Shown here: positions 9,878-17,756 of the stretch, piece by piece
Numbering within the stretch: the stretch's first letter is position 1
Layout of the letters: each line of letters begins with the position of its first letter
Program-made: the position numbers and the translations under genes
The notes under the pieces: model-generated
What the model was told of the DNA's origin: nothing
The model's input: only the letters and a program-made list of their open reading frames with translations
Databases searched by the model: none
Assembly (NCBI GenBank): GCA_963736855.1
Contig: CAVTQK010000021.1
Location: 384,001 to 448,000, forward strand
Length of the DNA: 64,000 nt
Direction: 5' to 3'
Source: an uncultured delta proteobacterium
GTDB taxonomy: Bacteria; Desulfobacterota; Desulfobacteria; Desulfobacterales; UBA2156

Positions 9878-11281
9878 ATGGGCAAGTTTTTTGGGACCGA
9901 CGGAATCCGGGGGGTGGCAAACAAACATCCCATGACTCCTGAACTGGCTCTCGCACTGGGGAAAACGGTTTCGCGACTTTGGACCAGCGGTAAAGAGAAC
10001 TCTATCGTCATCGGAAAAGACACCCGGCTTTCCGGAGACATGCTCGAACACGCCCTGGTCTCGGGAATCCTTTCTCAAGGGGTCAATGTTTGGCTTTCCG
10101 GCATCATCCCGACGCCTGCGGTGGCCTTCCTGACGGCATCCCTGAAAGCCCATTGCGGTATCATGGTCTCCGCGTCCCACAACCCTTTTTATGACAACGG
10201 AATCAAGATCTTCCGACATGACGGTTTTAAGCTATCGGATGCCGAGGAAACCGAAATCGAAGCCATTCTGATGGGAAAACCATCCGAGATCGGTGAGGTA
10301 TCCCGCAATAGTATTGGAAGAGCCTTTCCAATGAACGAGGCTGTGGATCGATACGCAGACTTTTTGATCAACATCTTTCCTAAAAGACTTCGCCTTGAAG
10401 GGTTGAACGTGGTCATGGACTGTTCCCATGGGGCCACTTTCGAGGTGGCTCCTCGAGTCTTTAACTCCATCGGAGCCAGAGTCGTCCTGATGGCCGCCCA
10501 ACCCAACGGAAAGAATATCAATGATCATTGCGGATCCCAGCATCCGGAAGAAGTATCCCGTCAGGTGAGACAAATGGGGGCCGATATCGGTCTGGCCTTT
10601 GACGGTGACGGTGATCGGCTTATCGCCGTGGATGAGAAGGGGAGGGTGATTACCGGCGATCAGATCATCACGGTCTGCTCGGGAGTCATGAAGAAGCACG
10701 GCGAATTGAAAAATAACACGGTGGTGACTACGGTGATGAGTAACATCGGGTTGAGCATCGCTCTAAAAAAGATGGGGGTCCGGCACATCATGGCAAACGT
10801 TGGAGACCGGTACGTCCTGGAACAGATGCTGGCAAACGGATCGGTTCTGGGCGGGGAGGACTCCGGCCACATGATTTTTCTGGCCCATCACACGACCGGG
10901 GACGGCATTCTGACGGCCCTCAAGCTCATCGAAGCGATGCTCATTGAATCCAAATCCCTGTCCTTCCTAGCCGATAGGATGAGGGTCTTTCCTCAAACTC
11001 TTGTTAATGTTTCGGTTAAGGAAAAGAAGGATATCTTATTGATTCCTGAGATTTATAACGCAATTAAATCGGCAGAATCGGACCTCGGGGAAAGGGGAAG
11101 GGTCCTGGTGCGTTATTCAGGAACCCAGCCCCTTTGCCGTATCATGGTGGAAGGACCGACGGATCAGGAGACCCGGGTGTATTGTGAACGGATCGCTTCA
11201 GCGGTTAAAAAAACAATTGGCGTAGCGGAGCCTATTCGTTCCGATTCCCTAAAATCCTCAAAAGCATCAGGAAAAGATTGA
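9878..11281 (+). CDS. glmM: Phosphoglucosamine mutase (true stop may be TAG at 11223-11225)
   Basis: FGTDGIRG, SASHNP phosphoserine loop, DGDGDR metal loop, GGEDSGH, VRYSGTQP. Confidence 0.95.
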   Translation: MGKFFGTDGIRGVANKHPMTPELALALGKTVSRLWTSGKENSIVIGKDTRLSGDMLEHALVSGILSQGVNVWLSGIIPTPAVAFLTASLKAHCGIMVSASHNPFYDNGIKIFRHDGFKLSDAEETEIEAILMGKPSEIGEVSRNSIGRAFPMNEAVDRYADFLINIFPKRLRLEGLNVVMDCSHGATFEVAPRVFNSIGARVVLMAAQPNGKNINDHCGSQHPEEVSRQVRQMGADIGLAFDGDGDRLIAVDEKGRVITGDQIITVCSGVMKKHGELKNNTVVTTVMSNIGLSIALKKMGVRHIMANVGDRYVLEQMLANGSVLGGEDSGHMIFLAHHTTGDGILTALKLIEAMLIESKSLSFLADRMRVFPQTLVNVSVKEKKDILLIPEIYNAIKSAESDLGERGRVLVRYSGTQPLCRIMVEGPTDQETRVYCERIASAVKKTIGVAEPIRSDSLKSSKASGKD

Positions 11282-11936
11282 TGAAATCCAGATATAGGGA
11301 GAGGGCGCCGAGGATCGCCCCTTTTCGTATAACCCCGGTATCGAGTCCGGCTGGCTGGGAGAGGGCCATTGATTTAAGCTTCTGCGTGTCAAATGCAGTC
11401 AGCCCGACGAAAATAATCACGCCGAGATAACTGATGATCAGTTCCATGCCGGTGCTTTTAAGAAATAGGTTCACGACCGAGGCGATAATGATCCCGATGA
11501 GTCCCATGGCCATGAAGTTGCCTATGGAGGTCAGGTCGCGTTTGGTGCTCATCCCATAGATGCTGGCCGCGATAAAGGTCCCCGCGCAGATGAAAAAGGT
11601 TGATGCAATAGAAGTTCTTGTAAAGACAAGAAAAATTGATGAAAGGGTCACACCGTTGAGTCCGGCGTAAAGCACAAACAGGGCCGTTGCCGTGCCGGCT
11701 TGAATCCGTTGAATCCGTGCGCTGATGACAAATACAAGGGCCAGCTCTGCGATGATGAGTCCGAAAAAGAGCATCTGATTCCCAAAAATCAACCGGATGA
11801 GGGAAGGGCTGCCGGCAACTCCATAGGCAATGGCCCCGGTCAAGGCAAGCCCGATCGCCATCCAGTTATATACGCTGCGTACAAACTCATTGACCCAAAC
11901 CTGGGTTTGTGTTTTTCTTAAAGTGATGGAATCCAT
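11232..11936 (-). CDS. Bax inhibitor-1/YccA family membrane protein
   Basis: About 7 TM helices; TAFDTQKLK and GALSLYLDFINLFLMLL motifs; GGAGG SD upstream. Confidence 0.92.
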   Translation of the reverse strand: MDSITLRKTQTQVWVNEFVRSVYNWMAIGLALTGAIAYGVAGSPSLIRLIFGNQMLFFGLIIAELALVFVISARIQRIQAGTATALFVLYAGLNGVTLSSIFLVFTRTSIASTFFICAGTFIAASIYGMSTKRDLTSIGNFMAMGLIGIIIASVVNLFLKSTGMELIISYLGVIIFVGLTAFDTQKLKSMALSQPAGLDTGVIRKGAILGALSLYLDFINLFLMLLRILGNRNE

Positions 11937-12010
11937 TTATCCCTCCTGCTTTCTTTAATTGATTTATTTCCTATAATAATGAATTTTACAGATTGTTCAA
12001 GTCAAATTCC

Positions 12011-12322
12011 ATGAAGTCTGAAACAATATTTGAAGGGCTCAAAGACCTGGCACAGAAGATGGGCATCACGGTTTCGGAGCAAAACTTTCGGCGATTGGGT
12101 GTTCGAGCCAAAAGCGGGTTTTGCATCGTTAAAGGGAAATCGATGTTTTTTGTCGACAAGAAAAGTGCGATATCCGAAAAGATCGAGGCGCTATCTTCTT
12201 ATCTGGCCACGTTGCCCACGGATCATATCTATATCGTTCCAGCGATCCGCCAGCGACTCCAATCGGTCCAGAAGGGCGTTCAAGGTGACGAATTGATCCT
12301 TCAACCCGAAGATTCAAAATAG
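12011..12322 (+). CDS. Small hypothetical protein
   Basis: Fills the gap upstream of xseA; MKSETIFEGLKDLAQKMGI...SGFCIVKG; its stop codon overlaps the dif site. Confidence 0.65.
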   Translation: MKSETIFEGLKDLAQKMGITVSEQNFRRLGVRAKSGFCIVKGKSMFFVDKKSAISEKIEALSSYLATLPTDHIYIVPAIRQRLQSVQKGVQGDELILQPEDSK

Positions 12323-12348
12323 TTTACATAATATATCTTATCAGACGT
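12321..12348 (-). other. dif: dif site (XerCD chromosome-dimer resolution site)
   Basis: Minus strand ACGTCTGATAA-GATATA-TTATGTAAACT: 11-6-11 layout, inner ATAA/TTAT palindrome, XerD arm matching the B. subtilis-type arm as recalled. Confidence 0.85.
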
Positions 12349-12369
12349 TAGTTTAAAGGATAAATTCCT

Positions 12370-13758
12370 GTGGACCCCCTGTCGGACCAGATACGCTTCA
12401 ACCCCCCCGCAAACTCCGAGCATCACATTCTGACCGTATCGGAGCTCACTTCTCAAATTAAAGCTTTACTTGAAGATGAATTCAATTTCATATGGATATC
12501 AGGAGAAATATCTGATTTTAGAATTCCGACATCAGGACACTTTTACTTTACATTAAAAGACGAAAAAGCCCGTATCCAAGCCGTCATGTTCAAGGGTCAG
12601 AACCGCCATCTGCCCTTTCAACCTGAAGACGGAATGAACGTGGTGGGTCTCGGCAGGGTTTCCGTCTACGAACCACGTGGAAGCTATCAAATCATCTTCG
12701 AGATTCTTGAGCCCAAAGGTGTGGGAGCCCTGCAGATTGCCTTTGAACAGCTCAAGCGCCGGCTTTCCGATGAAGGGCTCTTTGACGATCGATATAAGAA
12801 GCCGATTCCTTTTTTTCCTGAAAAAATCGCCGTAATTACATCTCCCAGCGGTGCCGCGATTCACGACATCCTCCAGGTTGCCCGGCGCCGATTCGAAAAC
12901 ATCCGGCTTGTTGTCATTCCGACGATGGTCCAGGGAAGCGGCGCAGAGGCCCAGATCGTTTCAGCCATCGAACTTCTGAACACAGGAGGTCCCGAGGGAG
13001 GACCCGTTGCTGACGTGGCTGTATTGGCCAGAGGCGGCGGATCCCTGGAGGACTTGCAGGCCTTCAATTCGGAAGCTGTTGCCCGGGCGATATTTACTTC
13101 CGGGGTTCCCATCGTCTCCGGTGTCGGTCATGAAACCGATTTTACCATCGCCGATTTCGTAGCCGATTTCAGGGCGCCCACGCCATCGGCTGCCGCCGAA
13201 ATCGTTGTTCCGAAAAAGGTCGATTTGGTTTTAAGAATCCGGGAATATAACCTTGCTTTGGTACGCACGATCCATAAACAAATTAAAGAGTATCGGAAGC
13301 GACTGATGGAAACCATCCATCATCTGAAAGACCCAAGGAAAAAGATGGGTGATCAGCGCCTTCAACTCGACGATTTCACCCAGAGACTGATTCAGATCAC
13401 ACAAAAAAGGATCCGAAACGTACGGGAAAAGCTGGCGTGGAGAACCGAAAACCTGTGTGCCAAGAGCCCGATGCAGCTTTTGCTAAAATATAAAGAAAAG
13501 ATTGATAAATTATATATTAATATTTTGAAATTATTAGAATTATATTTATCAATTAGGAAAGGGTTGTCTCAGGAGCTTTTTGCAAGGTTGAGGTCTCTTG
13601 GCCCCATGGATGTCCTCAGCCGGGGATACAGCATCGCCCGAACGATTCCGAAGGGTACCGTTATCCAGGATCCGGATCAGGTCGGTATCGGTGACGGGAT
13701 CGACCTTTTGGTGGCCAAAGGAAACATCCTGTGCCGCGTGGAAAGGAAAAGGAAATAA
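12370..13758 (+). CDS. xseA: Exodeoxyribonuclease VII large subunit
   Basis: OB fold GEIS...SGHFYFTLKD, ARGGGSLEDL, GVGHETDFTIADFVADFRAPTPSAAAE. Confidence 0.97.
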   Translation: MDPLSDQIRFNPPANSEHHILTVSELTSQIKALLEDEFNFIWISGEISDFRIPTSGHFYFTLKDEKARIQAVMFKGQNRHLPFQPEDGMNVVGLGRVSVYEPRGSYQIIFEILEPKGVGALQIAFEQLKRRLSDEGLFDDRYKKPIPFFPEKIAVITSPSGAAIHDILQVARRRFENIRLVVIPTMVQGSGAEAQIVSAIELLNTGGPEGGPVADVAVLARGGGSLEDLQAFNSEAVARAIFTSGVPIVSGVGHETDFTIADFVADFRAPTPSAAAEIVVPKKVDLVLRIREYNLALVRTIHKQIKEYRKRLMETIHHLKDPRKKMGDQRLQLDDFTQRLIQITQKRIRNVREKLAWRTENLCAKSPMQLLLKYKEKIDKLYINILKLLELYLSIRKGLSQELFARLRSLGPMDVLSRGYSIARTIPKGTVIQDPDQVGIGDGIDLLVAKGNILCRVERKRK

Positions 13759-13762
13759 ACCC

Positions 13763-14014
13763 ATGTCAAAACAGACCTTTGAAGGCGCCATGAAGCAATT
13801 GGAAGAGATCGTGAGGGAGCTCGAAGCAGGGGATCTGCCTCTGGAAAAAGCCCTTCAGCGATTTGAGGAAGGGATGAAGCTCTCCAAATATTGCGCCCAA
13901 AAACTCGACGAGACCGAAAAGAAAGTGACACTCTTGCTCAAAGACCACCAGGGATCTGTTTCGGAAAAACCCTTTTTAGAAGACGAAGTCCCCCCGGACG
14001 ACGGCCATGTTTGA
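13763..14014 (+). CDS. xseB: Exodeoxyribonuclease VII small subunit
   Basis: FEGAMKQLEEIVRELEAGDLPLEKALQRFEEGMKL; ATG at 13763 just after xseA. Confidence 0.95.
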   Translation: MSKQTFEGAMKQLEEIVRELEAGDLPLEKALQRFEEGMKLSKYCAQKLDETEKKVTLLLKDHQGSVSEKPFLEDEVPPDDGHV

Positions 14015-14900
14015 CCTTTCCGGCTATTTGATTCAGAAAAGGAAGTCTATTGATGCCTCCTTGAAGGGGCGCCTCCGCTCGGCACTGCCGGAAAATAGCC
14101 GCCTCAAAAAAGCGATGGCATACTCCCTGATCGCCGGAGGGAAACGGTTGAGGCCGATTCTTTGCATTGCAGCCGCGGAATCGGTGGGAGGCAGACCAGA
14201 CGAGGTCATGGCCGGAGCATGCGCCATCGAGATGATCCACACCTATTCCTTAATTCACGATGATCTTCCGGCCATGGATGACGACGCCCTGCGCCGGGGA
14301 AAGCCTTCCTGTCATATAGCCTTTGATGAAGCCACGGCCATCCTCGCTGGGGATGCCCTCCTCACCCTGGCTTTCGAGGTCCTTGTAATGGATCGATTTC
14401 TGCCGCCTCATAACCTGGAAAGAGCGCTGGAAGTCGTCGGAATCCTTTCACGCGCCGCCGGTCCTGCCGGAATGATCCAGGGGCAGATGGAGGATATCGC
14501 AGCCGAAGGGTCTGCCTTGACTCTTATACAGCTCCGTCGACTGCACAGCCTCAAGACCGGTGCCCTCATTCAAGCGTCTGTGGAGATTGGAGCAACGCTT
14601 TGCGGCGGTTCATCCCGGCAGCTTGAAGGATTGAAAAGCTACGCCAGAAAACTCGGGTTAGCCTTCCAGGTCATCGACGATGTCCTGAATGTGGAAGGGG
14701 ATCCCTCCGTGACGGGAAAAGCTTCGGGAACAGACCAGCTCAGGAAAAAAAGCACCTACCCTGCCCTCATGGGCCTGGAAGAATCCAAAATATTTGCCAA
14801 AAAATGCATCGAATCGGCCTTGCAGAGTCTCTCCGATTTTGATAACAAGGCGGATCCTCTTCGGGCCATCGCATCGTATGTCATCGAAAGAAAACGCTGA
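14007..14900 (+). CDS. ispA: Geranyltranstransferase / farnesyl diphosphate synthase
   Basis: GGKRLRP, SLIHDDLPAMDDDALRRGKP, AFQVIDD; xseB-ispA-dxs synteny. Confidence 0.93.
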   Translation: MFDLSGYLIQKRKSIDASLKGRLRSALPENSRLKKAMAYSLIAGGKRLRPILCIAAAESVGGRPDEVMAGACAIEMIHTYSLIHDDLPAMDDDALRRGKPSCHIAFDEATAILAGDALLTLAFEVLVMDRFLPPHNLERALEVVGILSRAAGPAGMIQGQMEDIAAEGSALTLIQLRRLHSLKTGALIQASVEIGATLCGGSSRQLEGLKSYARKLGLAFQVIDDVLNVEGDPSVTGKASGTDQLRKKSTYPALMGLEESKIFAKKCIESALQSLSDFDNKADPLRAIASYVIERKR

Positions 14901-14912
14901 AAACGGCGAGAG

Positions 14913-16811
14913 ATGAAATCTAATCTTACCACAAACCTCCTGGATCGTATCGATTCCCCCGTTGATCTGAAAAAGCTTTCACGGAAAGAACTGCCGTTAT
15001 TGGCCCAGGAGATCCGGAAACGGATTGTGGATGTGGTCTCCAAAAACGGCGGCCATCTGGCCTCGAGCCTGGGAGCCGTGGAGCTGGCCATCGCCGTTCA
15101 TTATGTTTTCGACAGCCCGAAGGACAGGATTCTATGGGATGTCGGACATCAGGCTTATGCCCACAAGCTCATCACCGGAAGACGGGACCGGTTCGCAACC
15201 CTGCGGCAGCACGGAGGACTGTCAGGATTCACCAAAATGAGCGAAAGTCCCCATGATGCTTTTTCCACCGGACACAGCAGTACGTCTATTTCAGCCGGGC
15301 TGGGAATCGCCTGTGCGAAAGGGCTCAAAGGAGAAGATTCCAGGGTGGTAACCATCATCGGTGACGGATCCATGACCGCGGGGCTGGCCTACGAGGGTCT
15401 GAACCAGGCCGGTGATCTCCAGAAGGATATTGTCGTCATTTTGAACGACAATGAAATGTCCATTTCTAAGAACGTGGGAGCGCTCTCTTCTTTTTTGAGT
15501 CGTACCTTTTCAAGAAAACGACTCCTGGAGCTGCGCAAGGATCTGGGCGATTTTCTGAAATCGTTGCCCAAATTTGGGGAAGATATCTACCAGTTCGCCA
15601 AGCGCTGGGAGGATTCCCTGAAGTCCTTTATCACCCCAGGCATGCTTTTCGAAGCATTTAATTTTAATTATTTCGGACCAATCGACGGGCACAACCTAAA
15701 CCATCTCATCGATATCCTCCGTAACATCCAGTACCTGAAAGAGCCGATCCTCCTTCATGTTTCCACCAAGAAGGGGATGGGGTATCCCCCTGCAGAATCG
15801 AACCCGGTCTATTTTCATGGAGTGGGGTGTTTCGAAGTTGAAACCGGCAACTGCATCGACTCTCCAAGTCCTATTCCTACTTATACTCAGGTTTTTGGGA
15901 AAGCGCTGACGGCACTGGCCGAAAAAGACGAGAGGATCGTTGCGGTGACCGCCGCCATGCCGGAGGGAACCGGTCTGGTGGATTTTTTCGGAAAATTTCC
16001 GGAGCGTTTTTTCGATGTAGGAATCGCTGAGCAACACGGTGTGACCTTCGCCGCTGGAATGGCAACGGAAGGGTTACGTCCGGTAGTGGCGATTTATTCA
16101 ACCTTCCTGCAGCGCGCCTTTGACCAGATCCTGCATGATGTCTGTATTGAATCCCTCCCGGTTGTTTTTGCCGTCGACCGGGGAGGAATCGTGGGGGAAG
16201 ATGGAATGACCCATCATGGGCTCTTTGATCTTACCTATCTTCGAAGCCTTCCCAATATGACGGTCATGGCCCCAAAAGACGAAAATGAACTCTGCCGAAT
16301 GCTCGCCACCGCCATTGTCCATGATGGCCCCATCGCCCTCCGCTATCCTCGGGGAATCGGTGTCGGCGTTTCCATCGACGAGGTGTATCCGGTTCTGCCC
16401 ATAGGGAAAGCAGAAATCCTGGAAGAAGGAAACGATGCCCTCGTCCTTGCCATAGGCCGTCCTGTTCAGGATGCGGTGAAGGCATGTGACGCCCTGAAGA
16501 AGGAAGGTTTCACAACTACCCTAGTTAACTGCCGGTTCGTCAAACCCCTGGACGCGAACCTCATTTGTTCCCTGGCCGAAAGGATTCAGGCTGTCGTCAC
16601 GGTGGAAGAAAACGTGCTTCAGGGCGGATTCGGAAGCGCAGTCTTGGAATGCCTGTGCAATCATGGCATGTTGCATCGGTGTCGCATCACCCGGCTCGGC
16701 ATCCCGGACGTGTTCGTGGAACATGGTCCTCAGCAGGTATTGCGGGCCGAGTACCGTATTGATGCCCCGGCCATCGTCGATGCCGTCAAGCGTCTCTTGC
16801 AGGGGCATTAA
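14913..16811 (+). CDS. dxs: 1-deoxy-D-xylulose-5-phosphate synthase
   Basis: GGHLASSLG, WDVGHQAY, GDGSMTAG...NDN ThDP motif, GIAEQH, DRGG. Confidence 0.97.
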   Translation: MKSNLTTNLLDRIDSPVDLKKLSRKELPLLAQEIRKRIVDVVSKNGGHLASSLGAVELAIAVHYVFDSPKDRILWDVGHQAYAHKLITGRRDRFATLRQHGGLSGFTKMSESPHDAFSTGHSSTSISAGLGIACAKGLKGEDSRVVTIIGDGSMTAGLAYEGLNQAGDLQKDIVVILNDNEMSISKNVGALSSFLSRTFSRKRLLELRKDLGDFLKSLPKFGEDIYQFAKRWEDSLKSFITPGMLFEAFNFNYFGPIDGHNLNHLIDILRNIQYLKEPILLHVSTKKGMGYPPAESNPVYFHGVGCFEVETGNCIDSPSPIPTYTQVFGKALTALAEKDERIVAVTAAMPEGTGLVDFFGKFPERFFDVGIAEQHGVTFAAGMATEGLRPVVAIYSTFLQRAFDQILHDVCIESLPVVFAVDRGGIVGEDGMTHHGLFDLTYLRSLPNMTVMAPKDENELCRMLATAIVHDGPIALRYPRGIGVGVSIDEVYPVLPIGKAEILEEGNDALVLAIGRPVQDAVKACDALKKEGFTTTLVNCRFVKPLDANLICSLAERIQAVVTVEENVLQGGFGSAVLECLCNHGMLHRCRITRLGIPDVFVEHGPQQVLRAEYRIDAPAIVDAVKRLLQGH

Positions 16812-16890
16812 CCCTTCCCCTACTCTCCCTTCCTGTTTCAACTCAAAGCTTGACAGATCCGGATCCGTTTATGATTTCAATAAGGCAAAA

Positions 16891-17661
16891 ATGACTAAAA
16901 AACGACTGGATAATCTCGTGATGGAACAAGGATTTACCGAAAGCCGGGAAGGTGCCAGGCGGCTGATCTTATCCGGTAATGTTTCCGCGAACAATCATGT
17001 GGCGGACAAACCGGGATCTCTTTTTCCGGAGAATACGCGGATTTCCCTGATCCGTGAGCCTGCCGGATATGTGAGCCGGGGAGGTGACAAGCTGGCCGGC
17101 GCTCTGGAATCCCTCTCCATTAAGGTTTCGGGATGTGTGTGTCTCGATGTGGGAGCTTCCACCGGAGGGTTTACGGATTGCCTGCTCCAGCGGGGAGCCG
17201 CCCGGATCTATGCCGTGGATGTGGGATACGGTCAGCTGGCCTGGAAACTCAGGAACGACCCCAGAGTCATCGCCATCGAGCGGGCCAATATCCGTTATCT
17301 TCCGGAATCGGCAATCCCAGAACCTGTGGACCTGGTCACGATGGATACTTCCTTCATTTCTCTGAAGATCGTGGTCCCCGCGGTCTTCAAGTTCATGAGA
17401 CCCGGGGCGGATATGGTCGTTTTGGTGAAGCCGCAGTTCGAAGTGGGAAAATCGATGGTCGGAAAGGGAGGCGTCGTCCGGGATCCGAGGCTCCACGAGG
17501 CGGTACTAGGCGACTTGACCGCATTTTTTTCCCGGCAAGGACTTACGGTCCGGGCGATGGTTCCTTCTCCCCTCTTGGGACCCAAAGGGAATCGGGAGTT
17601 TTTCATGTGGCTATCCTTGGTTCTCCATCCCTCCCGAAAATTCCCGGAGTATTCGTGCTAA
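16891..17661 (+). CDS. tlyA: TlyA family rRNA (cytidine-2'-O)-methyltransferase
   Basis: S4-like N-terminus KKRLD, YVSRGGDKL, LDVGASTGGFTD, KPQFE, GPKGNREF; start reset to ATG 16891. Confidence 0.94.
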   Translation: MTKKRLDNLVMEQGFTESREGARRLILSGNVSANNHVADKPGSLFPENTRISLIREPAGYVSRGGDKLAGALESLSIKVSGCVCLDVGASTGGFTDCLLQRGAARIYAVDVGYGQLAWKLRNDPRVIAIERANIRYLPESAIPEPVDLVTMDTSFISLKIVVPAVFKFMRPGADMVVLVKPQFEVGKSMVGKGGVVRDPRLHEAVLGDLTAFFSRQGLTVRAMVPSPLLGPKGNREFFMWLSLVLHPSRKFPEYSC

Positions 17662-17756
17662 ATTTTGGTTTTGCAGTTGATTCATGGCTTGATTTTTCAG
17701 ATAGATGCCGATAGAAAAGCCGGTACCCAAATATCAGAGAACAGGAAGGATGGAAT

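Noticed and set aside
16663..16890. N-terminal extensions in the ORF track (tlyA, xseB, tetR, trkA 52545, sigma54 regulator 57140, larC)
   Set aside because: They overlap upstream genes or promoter regions; downstream starts match the family N-termini.
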